Origin: an uncultured Candidatus Saccharibacteria bacterium | GTDB lineage: Bacteria > Patescibacteriota > Minisyncoccia > Phycocordibacterales > UBA2100 | Length of the DNA stretch: 64,000 nucleotides | NCBI GenBank assembly: GCA_964545165.1 | Contig: CAZJEQ010000002.1 | Location: 37,072 to 101,071 of the forward strand | Direction of reading: 5' to 3' | Translations under genes and position numbers: made by a program | The notes under the pieces: generated by a model | Database searches by the model: none | Told to the model about the DNA's origin: nothing | The model's input: the letters and a program-made list of their open reading frames with translations, nothing else | Shown here: positions 38,129 to 45,756 of the stretch, in pieces | Layout of the letters: each line of letters starts with the position of its first letter | Position numbering within the stretch: the stretch's first letter is position 1

Positions 38129-38662
38129 TTACTTGAGCTGCAGTGATCGCATCACTTTCTCGAAATCATTATGGATGGCATCCGTAGGCTCCATCATCGT
38201 CACTGTCAGCATCACAATCTCATCGCCGTTTTCGAAGACATAGCTCTCGCCGCGATACAGACCGTCCCAGACATACGCGACCGCCTCTGCACCCGCCTGT
38301 GTGGTCGAGGCGAGTGCACCGTTGGAAAGCTGGAAATTGGAGGCGGAGTTGGATTTGACCCAGTCGGACGGCGAGAGGTCCCGCGGGTTCTGGAATACAT
38401 CGAGGGTAATCGTGGTCGGGCCCTCGCCATTTTGCGGCGTAGCCGCAAGCGCATCTTTGTCGGCGAGAATAATCGTGTGACGATCAGCAAAATGCTGTTC
38501 ATCGACCGAGTAATGAGCGGGGTACGTGAATGAGATGCCGTACTCCGCATTTGAGAAATCAGACATCGGCTCCGAAAACGCACGGTACGCAAAGAAGCCG
38601 CCAATGGCGACGAGGATGATCGCCAGCGCTCCTCCCACGTAATACATCTGTTTAGTGTTCAT
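38129..38662 (-). CDS. Hypothetical membrane-anchored secreted protein
   Basis: Signal anchor MNTKQMYYVGGALAIILVAIGGFFAY; no domain. Confidence 0.45.
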   Translation of the reverse strand: MNTKQMYYVGGALAIILVAIGGFFAYRAFSEPMSDFSNAEYGISFTYPAHYSVDEQHFADRHTIILADKDALAATPQNGEGPTTITLDVFQNPRDLSPSDWVKSNSASNFQLSNGALASTTQAGAEAVAYVWDGLYRGESYVFENGDEIVMLTVTMMEPTDAIHNDFEKVMRSLQLK

Positions 38663-38699
38663 ATGTGTGATGACGAATGAAAATGATAGTAATGACACG

Positions 38700-39755
38700 C
38701 TATTTTACCGGTGGCCGAGCGGATTCGCAGATATCGATAATCGCGAGCTCGAGCGGTAGGTGCGGCACTGCAGCATACGCCATGCGAGAGTATGCCTCAA
38801 GGACGGTGCGCAGCGTATCAGAATTGATGACGGCCGACGTCGCCTGCTCAGCGACGAGGACGCGATCCGCTTCGGTGAGCTCTTCTGCGAGCGATGTCGC
38901 AAGGTCTGGCGCGTAGCGCGTCAACAAAATGATACGGAGTCGGTGAATCAAAAGCTTCACCAGCGTACGCGCGTCCATGTTTTCTCCAATCGCGATCTGC
39001 ATGACGGCGAGCGCGGCATTGCTATCCTTGGCCGCAAGCGCCGCGAGAAGCTGACGCACGAGCTCGCCGCGCGGAGCACCCGAGACGGTCTCCACCTCGC
39101 TCACGTCTATTTTTTTGTTGCTGGATACCGAGAGCACCTTTTGCAAAATCGAAAGCGCATCACGGAATGATCCCTCGGCGAGCAGTGCCACGAGCTCGGC
39201 CGCAGCGCGCTCCATTGCAAATCCCTCTTTCTTGGCGACCTCGATGATGGTGTGAGCGAGCACTTCGCGTGTCGGCTGTTTAAACGTGTGGATTTCGCAA
39301 CGCGATTGAATCGTTTCCGGTACCTTGTCGCGTTCCGTCGTCGCGAGCACAAAGATCGCATGCTTTGGCGGCTCTTCGAGTGTCTTCAGAAATGCATTCC
39401 ACGCATCACGGGTCAGCATGTGCGCTTCGTCGATGATGTAGAACTTGTATTCGGATTCAAACGGTGAGGCATACACACCCTCACGAAGCATGCGAATGTC
39501 GTCGATGCCGCGATTGGAGGCAGCATCCATTTCGTACAAATCTTTTTCCGACACATCGAGTGCGGAGGCGAGAATGCGCGCGACCGTGGTCTTGCCGGTA
39601 CCGCGCGTACCCGCAAAGAGGTAGGCGTGAGCGATCTTATTGTTTTTGATCTCGGCCTTGAGTGTCTCGGTGACCTGCTCCTGGCCTTTTACCTCGTCCC
39701 ATTTCTGCGGCCGATATTGTCTATATAAAGTCCCCTGTTTTACCTCTTTTGCCAT
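38700..39755 (-). CDS. dnaX: DNA polymerase III gamma/tau subunit, short form (351 aa)
   Basis: YRPQKWDEVKGQE, GTRGTGKTT Walker A, IIDEAHML Walker B, SRC motif region. Confidence 0.85.
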   Translation of the reverse strand: MAKEVKQGTLYRQYRPQKWDEVKGQEQVTETLKAEIKNNKIAHAYLFAGTRGTGKTTVARILASALDVSEKDLYEMDAASNRGIDDIRMLREGVYASPFESEYKFYIIDEAHMLTRDAWNAFLKTLEEPPKHAIFVLATTERDKVPETIQSRCEIHTFKQPTREVLAHTIIEVAKKEGFAMERAAAELVALLAEGSFRDALSILQKVLSVSSNKKIDVSEVETVSGAPRGELVRQLLAALAAKDSNAALAVMQIAIGENMDARTLVKLLIHRLRIILLTRYAPDLATSLAEELTEADRVLVAEQATSAVINSDTLRTVLEAYSRMAYAAVPHLPLELAIIDICESARPPVK

Positions 39756-39762
39756 GGCAGCA

Positions 39763-39845
39763 GTATAGCCTTGAAATTCTCAGCTGAGAATTTCAAGAGC
39801 TACACCCGGACGCAGTCCCGCAGGACTGCGACGTGGGGTGTAACC
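39763..39845. repeat. Dual-hairpin intergenic repeat, copy B
   Basis: TTGAAATTCTCAGCTGAGAATTTCAA then GAG then CTACACCCGGACGCAGTCCCGCAGGACTGCGACGTGGGGTGTAAC. Confidence 0.55.
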
Positions 39846-39919
39846 TTATCTTCACCAGAGAATCTCAGGAGTTATGCCCGGCCACCTCCCTGCAGGGAGG
39901 TGACGTGGGGCATGCATAA
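39846..39919. repeat. Dual-hairpin intergenic repeat, copy C (hairpin 1 truncated)
   Basis: ...GAGAATCTCAGGAG then TTATGCCCGGCCACCTCCCTGCAGGGAGGTGACGTGGGGCATGCATAA. Confidence 0.5.
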
Positions 39920-39954
39920 AAACTAATACCGGCGGAGATGGCTATCTCCGCCGG
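39918..39954 (-). terminator. Rho-independent terminator for the 39971-40441 gene
   Basis: CCGGCGGAGAT-AGCC-ATCTCCGCCGG followed on the minus strand by TATTAGTTTTT. Confidence 0.55.
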
Positions 39955-39970
39955 TCCATTTTTTCTTCGT

Positions 39971-40441
39971 TCAGAGCTTTACTCGATGCTTAGCAGCCAG
40001 ACCACGGATTCCCAACAGCTGCTGTGCTGGCTGCACGCCGTGGACATTGTCGTGGAGGTCCGAAAAGCTCACCCGCTTGCCCATCTGCTCCGCCTTACGG
40101 ATGAGCGTCCAGCCTGTCGGAATCATGCGACTGAGATCATGCGCGCGACGCACGACATTCTCAGCCTGCGCAGCACCACGCTCCAGTCGATACAGGACGC
40201 CTCTCATATTCTCATGATGCGCGTACAACACTGCAACCGCTTCACTGAGACGTCGCAGCGACGGCTTCTCCTTGGGTCGCGCATCAAGATATTTCAATAC
40301 GTAGCTTCGCGCAGACGGCTCGTCGAACGGCGCTGTGTCTTCTGCATGCGGCACCATTTTTACGGGCCCTGCAGACCGAGAGCGCGAACTCCCAGGATGC
40401 TGAAATGAAGCAGCATGGGGCGTTGCAGCACTGGTCATCAT
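39971..40441 (-). CDS. Hypothetical 156-aa protein
   Basis: Followed by its own terminator; the alternative plus-strand ORF would start inside the terminator hairpin. Confidence 0.5.
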   Translation of the reverse strand: MMTSAATPHAASFQHPGSSRSRSAGPVKMVPHAEDTAPFDEPSARSYVLKYLDARPKEKPSLRRLSEAVAVLYAHHENMRGVLYRLERGAAQAENVVRRAHDLSRMIPTGWTLIRKAEQMGKRVSFSDLHDNVHGVQPAQQLLGIRGLAAKHRVKL

Positions 40442-40502
40442 GGTCTCCCTTGGATGATATTGCTACCGTGTAGAGAAACGGCTCCACATACCTTACAGAA
40501 AT

Positions 40503-41480
40503 TTAGGTCTTATTCAATGCTCGCTGAAGCAATTCGCGTGCTGCAGCGAGACTCTCCGCATCCATCAATTGCTGGCGCAATTCTTTGGCATTGTCCCAGC
40601 CACCGATGTAGGCCTTGAAATGTCGCTTCATCACGGCGTCGTTTTGGAATCCCGAGAGATGCTTTTGGAAGAGCTGAATATGTTCGATAAGTGCGCGCAT
40701 CTTCTCCTCGGGAGATTTCACTGCTGCATCCGACTCATTAAAAATCCAGGGATTGCCGAAGACCGCGCGGCCGAGCATGCCGCCATCACATTTTGCAGCA
40801 GCGATTTTCTCGCGCGCATCGGCGAGATCTTTCAGATCACCATTGCCGATGATGAGCGTCTCCTTACCCATCGCGTCGCGGATCTCTACCGCACGCGCCA
40901 CATGCTCCCAACGCGCCGGCACCTCGGACATCTCTTTGCGGGTACGCGCATGGATGGCGAGCGCGGCAATATCTTCTGCGAGCAGCGCTGGCACCCACGT
41001 CTCTATCTGATTTTCGTTGTAGCCGATACGGGTCTTTACCGAGACCGGAATATTCGGCGCTCCACGCTTGACCGCACGGATGATCTCGCATGCGAGCGGC
41101 GGATTCTTGATCATGGCAGCGCCGCATCCACTCTTCTCGATCTCCTTCGCAGGACATCCCATATTGATGTCTACTCCATCAAATCCCAGCTCTTGGCAGA
41201 GCCTCGCAGCTGCTTCCATCCGCTCGGGTACTGCGGAAAAAAGCTGCGCAACGATCGGTCGCTCGATCTCGCTGTATTCCAGCTTCTTTCCGAGACGACG
41301 CTTGCCGCGCTCATCAGCGAGTACGAGCCCATCGGCAGCGGTAAATTCGGTATAAAAGACGCGTGGGATCGACGGATCTGCAAAGCGCGCGATGAGATGC
41401 CGGAACGCGGCATCTGTCACATCCTCCATTGGCGCGAGCACGAAGAACGGCCGCGGGAGATCTTTCCAGAAATTCTTCAC
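40503..41480 (-). CDS. tRNA-dihydrouridine synthase (Dus family)
   Basis: LAPMEDVTD, MGCP, K...H motif region of FMN TIM-barrel Dus enzymes. Confidence 0.85.
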   Translation of the reverse strand: MKNFWKDLPRPFFVLAPMEDVTDAAFRHLIARFADPSIPRVFYTEFTAADGLVLADERGKRRLGKKLEYSEIERPIVAQLFSAVPERMEAAARLCQELGFDGVDINMGCPAKEIEKSGCGAAMIKNPPLACEIIRAVKRGAPNIPVSVKTRIGYNENQIETWVPALLAEDIAALAIHARTRKEMSEVPARWEHVARAVEIRDAMGKETLIIGNGDLKDLADAREKIAAAKCDGGMLGRAVFGNPWIFNESDAAVKSPEEKMRALIEHIQLFQKHLSGFQNDAVMKRHFKAYIGGWDNAKELRQQLMDAESLAAARELLQRALNKT

Positions 41481-41593
41481 GAAAATACACTAACACACTT
41501 TGACTTCGCGGGGATATCACGTTACAAACGGTGCAGGTGCTCCGTGCGAGTCCTATATGTCTAGTAGCTCACCTCTAGTGTAATGGGGAGAAG

Positions 41594-42085
41594 ATGGCAA
41601 GAGGTATCTTGATTCAAACAGACGATCGTCGCGCATCTGACGCTGCACGCGAAGCGGCCAGAGCGTTTGACCTGCTCAGGCATCACGTCGATGGCGTCAA
41701 CCTGCTCACCGAGGATCACCCGGAGTTGCTCAACTCGATCGACTCCTGCCTCCGATACGGCGGTGCCACCTACCTGGGCGCACTCATCAAGGAGAAGTTC
41801 AGCGGGGTTGGCTACAACCATGCGTTCGGCATCATCAAGCAGATCGTCGCGCGCATGCCAGAGACCTTAGCTGACGCCAGTCTGTGCGAAGTCTTCGGCA
41901 TGGGCCGGTCGAAAGACTGGCTCCTCGGGCTCAACCCGAAAGAACACCGCGCTGAGCGGAAGACCGTCGGCGAGAAGTACCGAGAGATCCTGCGGGACGG
42001 TAGCGACGAATGGATCGGTCTGCACATCGGAAGAATGCTAACCGCGTGCATGCCGACGCAACCAGCACAAGCCAGGCGCGTCTAA
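41594..42085 (+). CDS. Hypothetical 163-aa protein
   Basis: Promoter-like TTGACT-17-TACAAA and GGGGAGAAG SD upstream; terminator downstream; no domain recognised. Confidence 0.5.
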   Translation: MARGILIQTDDRRASDAAREAARAFDLLRHHVDGVNLLTEDHPELLNSIDSCLRYGGATYLGALIKEKFSGVGYNHAFGIIKQIVARMPETLADASLCEVFGMGRSKDWLLGLNPKEHRAERKTVGEKYREILRDGSDEWIGLHIGRMLTACMPTQPAQARRV

Positions 42086-42104
42086 CCATGACGCGGATCG
42101 GGAT

Positions 42105-42134
42105 GGGCGACTTCGGTCGCCCTCCTTTTTTTAT
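42105..42134. terminator. Bidirectional rho-independent terminator
   Basis: GGGCGAC-TTCG-GTCGCCC then TCCTTTTTTTAT. Confidence 0.6.
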
Positions 42135-43048
42135 TGAGCAGAGACCTCCGCCTCGCCTTTCATTTTAAAGTAGACGCGATTCCCGAATCTGAGATCGATA
42201 TATTCCAAATTCGCCTCTTTACCCCGCAATGCATCAGAGGCGAGGATGAGATTGAGATTACGCACGAGCTGTCCTGCATCTTGTCCGTAGGATGCTTTGA
42301 TAAAGAATCCTTCACTCAGGTGCACAAAAAAGTCTTGATCATTTTCAATCGACACCATGGCAGGTCGGAAATCTGCTTGCTCGAGATAGCGCAGCATCGC
42401 GACGAGTCCCGGCACGTGCGTCGGCGCAAAGACTGATCCGATCGGCGCTGCGTCAGCCTGCTCGATGCCACGACTAAACACGTACTCATTCGCACCGCGC
42501 TCTCCGTCGGCTGCTTCGGCGTATATAAATCCCCCGTCGTCCATCCAATAGCACGTGGCCGCTCCTTCTACCGGCTCGGCACACCATTTCGAAAATGGCT
42601 TGCGCTCTTCTATCTGGACCACCAGCTCCGTCGAGAGTGGTCGGCGAAGCGCGAGGGTGGCCGATTTGATCCGCGGAAAATTCGCGGCGATGGAGTGCGC
42701 GATACCGCTCTTGGGATAGAGCACGATGTTGCGACGCGCGAGGAAATGGAATCGTTCACTGTCGAGAAGCTCGTTCACATAGCTCCGGACGATCTCTGGT
42801 GGCATGCGCTCGGCTCCTTCGACCGTGATTGTCTGGATGGTGAGCTGCGGATGATACGAGAGGACATGCACGCCATAGCCAAGCGCCGCAAGCAGCACGA
42901 CAAACACGCCAGACCAGATCAGGCGCGTACGGCGTCTGCGGACGCGCAGGGGCGAGCGACGCTCCGTTTCGCGCTGCGGTGCACGTGCTGCCGGAGTAGG
43001 ACGAGCGACTCGCCCACCTCGCAAATCAATTACTTTTTTTGATGACAT
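42131..43048 (-). CDS. FtsQ/DivIB-like cell-division protein (POTRA domain)
   Basis: Basic cytoplasmic N-term, single TM, POTRA-like TIQTITVEGAERMPPEIVRSYV then beta-domain; start Met uncertain. Confidence 0.5.
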   Translation of the reverse strand: MSSKKVIDLRGGRVARPTPAARAPQRETERRSPLRVRRRRTRLIWSGVFVVLLAALGYGVHVLSYHPQLTIQTITVEGAERMPPEIVRSYVNELLDSERFHFLARRNIVLYPKSGIAHSIAANFPRIKSATLALRRPLSTELVVQIEERKPFSKWCAEPVEGAATCYWMDDGGFIYAEAADGERGANEYVFSRGIEQADAAPIGSVFAPTHVPGLVAMLRYLEQADFRPAMVSIENDQDFFVHLSEGFFIKASYGQDAGQLVRNLNLILASDALRGKEANLEYIDLRFGNRVYFKMKGEAEVSAQ

Positions 43049-44297
43049 CTTTGCCCATGTAGCCGCGAAGCGCTTCTGGCACCGTGATTGAGCCATCGGC
43101 CTCCTGATAATTCTCGACTATCTGGCAGAGAATGCGCGGCATGGCGAGCGCGGTGTTGTTGAGCGAGTGCACATAGCGGACCTTACCCTCGTCATCGCGA
43201 TATCGAATGTTCATACGGCGCGCCTGGAAATCATGGAAGTATGACGACGAGTGTGTCTCGCGGTAGCGCTGCTCACTCGGCATCCATGCCTCGATGTCGT
43301 ATTTCTTCACCTGGCCGAGACCAAGATCGCCGCCGCAATTGATCACGACGTGATACGGGAGCTTCAATTCCTGCAGGAGTTTCTCAGAATTCTCAGTCAA
43401 CTCCTCGTGGTGCTTCACGCTCTCCTCGTGCGAGGCTTCGCAGAGTACGACCTGTTCGTATTTAATAAATTCGTGAATACGAAAGACGCCCTTGGTGTCT
43501 TTGCCATGGCTGCCTGCTTCGCGCCGGAAGCATGGTGAGAACGCGAAGAATTTGGTGGGCAACTGTGACTTGTCGAGAATCTCATCCATGTAGTAGCCCA
43601 TGGATGCGACCTCTGCGGTGCCCGCAAGATACTCACCATCTTGTGTCTTGTAGAGATCTTCTTCGCTCTGTGGCAAATAGCCAGTGCCGACGAATGGCTC
43701 GCGGCGCACGAGGCTCGGCACCACGATCGGTGTAAAGCCATCCCGGTGCATGAAGCGATCCTGCACGAAGCGCTCGAGTGCCCACAAGAGCCGCGCACCA
43801 TCATTTTTCAAGAAATAGCCGCGAAAGCCCGCGACCTTGGTACCGCGTTCGAAATCCGCCATGTCGTTATCGAGCATGAGATCGACGTGCGTCTTGGGCG
43901 CAAAATCAAACGTGCGAATATCGCCCCATGTTTTTACTTCCTTGTTGTCGGCATCACTCTCGCCGTCCGGCACGGAAATATCCGGCACATTCGGCACGGT
44001 GAGCATGATGGCACGCCATTTCACCATGATTTCCTGGAGCGACTCTTCCTGCATTTTCAGCGTCTCCTTGAGCGACTGCATCTTCGCAATTACGGCTTCA
44101 CGCTCTTCGGGAGTCGCCTTCACGATCATGTCGCTCGCGACGTTTTGCTCAGCGCGCTTCTCATCAATAGACGCCTGCAGATCTTTGCGCTTGTCATCGA
44201 GCTTGATGAGCTCATCAAAATCTATGGTGAGGTGCTTCTTTTTGGCACCTTCGGAGACGAGATCTCTATTCTCGCGAATGAATTTAATATCAAGCAT
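43026..44297 (-). CDS. serS: Seryl-tRNA synthetase
   Basis: N-terminal coiled-coil arm, class II motifs (FRRE, GLGQ.KKYD region, TSSYF). Confidence 0.9.
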   Translation of the reverse strand: MLDIKFIRENRDLVSEGAKKKHLTIDFDELIKLDDKRKDLQASIDEKRAEQNVASDMIVKATPEEREAVIAKMQSLKETLKMQEESLQEIMVKWRAIMLTVPNVPDISVPDGESDADNKEVKTWGDIRTFDFAPKTHVDLMLDNDMADFERGTKVAGFRGYFLKNDGARLLWALERFVQDRFMHRDGFTPIVVPSLVRREPFVGTGYLPQSEEDLYKTQDGEYLAGTAEVASMGYYMDEILDKSQLPTKFFAFSPCFRREAGSHGKDTKGVFRIHEFIKYEQVVLCEASHEESVKHHEELTENSEKLLQELKLPYHVVINCGGDLGLGQVKKYDIEAWMPSEQRYRETHSSSYFHDFQARRMNIRYRDDEGKVRYVHSLNNTALAMPRILCQIVENYQEADGSITVPEALRGYMGKDVIKKSN

Positions 44298-44303
44298 AGG
44301 AAA

Positions 44304-44385
44304 GAACGTAGGTCGTGGTTCGTAGTTCGTAGAAAATGCGCCGCATCCCCTACGTTCTACGTTCTACGTTCTACGCACTGTAGAA
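44304..44385. repeat. Heptamer tandem repeats (GTTCGTA x2 ... CTACGTT x3) arranged as imperfect inverted arms around ATGCGCCGCAT
   Basis: Read directly in the serS/dprA divergent intergenic region. Confidence 0.5.
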
Positions 44386-44395
44386 TATTAGCACT

Positions 44396-45259
44396 ATGGA
44401 AGATGAGCTCAAACTACTAGCTCCTTCGGAATTTCCCCAGCTCCTCCAAGAAATTCCTGACCGCCCCAAACAGCTCCATGTACGCGGGACGCTGCCGAGT
44501 GACGAGTATAAATGGCTTGCCGTGGTCGGCAGCCGCGCCTGTACCGACTACGGGCGTCGTGCCTGCCGCTATTTAATAGAGGGCCTCCGAGGCTACCCCG
44601 TCGTCATTGTCTCTGGCCTCGCCTACGGCATTGATGCCGAGGCGCACAAAGCCGCGATAGACGCGAATTTAGCGACCGTGGGCATCCCCGGCTCGGGACT
44701 TGATTGGGAGGTGCTCTATCCGCGCGCCAATGTCGCGCTCGCCCGGGAAATTTTGGAAAAAGGTGGTGCCCTTGCCTCGGAATTCAAAATGGATCAGAAG
44801 GCTGCCGACTACACCTTCCCCGCCCGCAATCGCATCATGGCCGGGATGACGCACGCGACACTGATGATCGAAGCCAAGGAAAAATCTGGCACGCTCATTA
44901 CCGCAAAGCTTGCGGTGGATTACAACCGTGAGCTCCTCGTCGTCCCGGGATCGATCTTCGCCGAGGAGTCCCGTGGCGTACACCAATTTCTGCGTCTCGG
45001 TGCGACCGCCGTGACGAAGCCGGAAGACATTCTGATGACACTCGGCATCGTTCCCCGCGAGAGCGGTGGTCTCGCGAGTCTTCGCAGCGACCTTTCGACT
45101 GAGGAACTACAGGTGTGCGAGATACTCGCTTCACCACGCTCGCGCGATGCGCTCCTCGCGATACTCGACATGCCGATTATGGAGGCCAATATTCTATTGA
45201 GCACGATGGAAATAAAGGGCCTGATCGTGGAAGAGTTGGGTGTCATTCGAATTCGATAA
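44396..45259 (+). CDS. dprA: DNA-processing protein DprA (Smf)
   Basis: Rossmann-like SGLAYGIDAEAHKAA, GSGLD, TLMIEAKEKSGTLITA and C-terminal winged-helix. Confidence 0.85.
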   Translation: MEDELKLLAPSEFPQLLQEIPDRPKQLHVRGTLPSDEYKWLAVVGSRACTDYGRRACRYLIEGLRGYPVVIVSGLAYGIDAEAHKAAIDANLATVGIPGSGLDWEVLYPRANVALAREILEKGGALASEFKMDQKAADYTFPARNRIMAGMTHATLMIEAKEKSGTLITAKLAVDYNRELLVVPGSIFAEESRGVHQFLRLGATAVTKPEDILMTLGIVPRESGGLASLRSDLSTEELQVCEILASPRSRDALLAILDMPIMEANILLSTMEIKGLIVEELGVIRIR

Positions 45260-45345
45260 TCTTGAGTCTCTGCCTAACGTGTGGTATAGAATATCCAGTT
45301 CGTAAGCGTACGCGTTTCCTCCTCTCCAACCGAAGGATCTCTCTG

Positions 45346-45624
45346 ATGCCTAGCTATCACTGGCCCGACCTCACACGCCAGCAGAAGAGCGCTGCACTCC
45401 GGCACGTACTTTCGCTCAAGAAGAACCGCACCGCCACCGGCCGTGAGATCCAGCAGCAATACTTCACGGGCGTCTCGGACACCGGGCTGATCACGCACAC
45501 GTGGCGTCACGGTCCCGCGCTGCCCAACGCTCGGGTGAATCGTCACCGTCGCGTGCGCCCCTTCTCGCGTCGCACGTTGCGCACCGCTCGCGCGCGTCGA
45601 CACGGCCGCATCATCGCGCGCTAA
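45346..45624 (+). CDS. Small Arg-rich hypothetical protein (92 aa), uncertain
   Basis: GAAGGA SD 8 nt upstream; high GC3; followed by 10-bp stem hairpin at 45647-45679. Confidence 0.35.
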   Translation: MPSYHWPDLTRQQKSAALRHVLSLKKNRTATGREIQQQYFTGVSDTGLITHTWRHGPALPNARVNRHRRVRPFSRRTLRTARARRHGRIIAR

Positions 45625-45691
45625 GCGCGCACGCTGCTCGTTTTTTGAAACTGTGGTCGCTCCGCGCGGCCACAGTTTCACCTTTAAAGAT

Positions 45692-45721
45692 TTGACATGT
45701 GCTAGTGTAATGGAGTATTAC
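45692..45721 (+). promoter_or_regulatory. Possible topA promoter (TTGACA ... TATTAC) and 5' leader hairpin
   Basis: Read directly; spacing ambiguous. Confidence 0.3.
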
Positions 45722-45756
45722 TCCGTTTCGTCGCATCAGTGCGACATTCTATATAT

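Noticed and set aside
39756-39970. SRP (4.5S/scRNA) gene, often found immediately upstream of dnaX
   Set aside because: Looked on both strands for the domain IV GGAA-tetraloop/AGCAGCC motif and found none; the region is instead occupied by the dual-hairpin repeats.
39938-40408. 156-aa plus-strand ORF mirroring the 39971-40441 minus-strand gene
   Set aside because: Its start lies inside the GC-rich terminator hairpin, and the minus-strand ORF is the one followed by a hairpin plus U-run.
44298-44395. T-box riboswitch leader for serS
   Set aside because: Only about 98 nt between serS and dprA, far too short for a T-box; no specifier-loop or T-box sequence seen.
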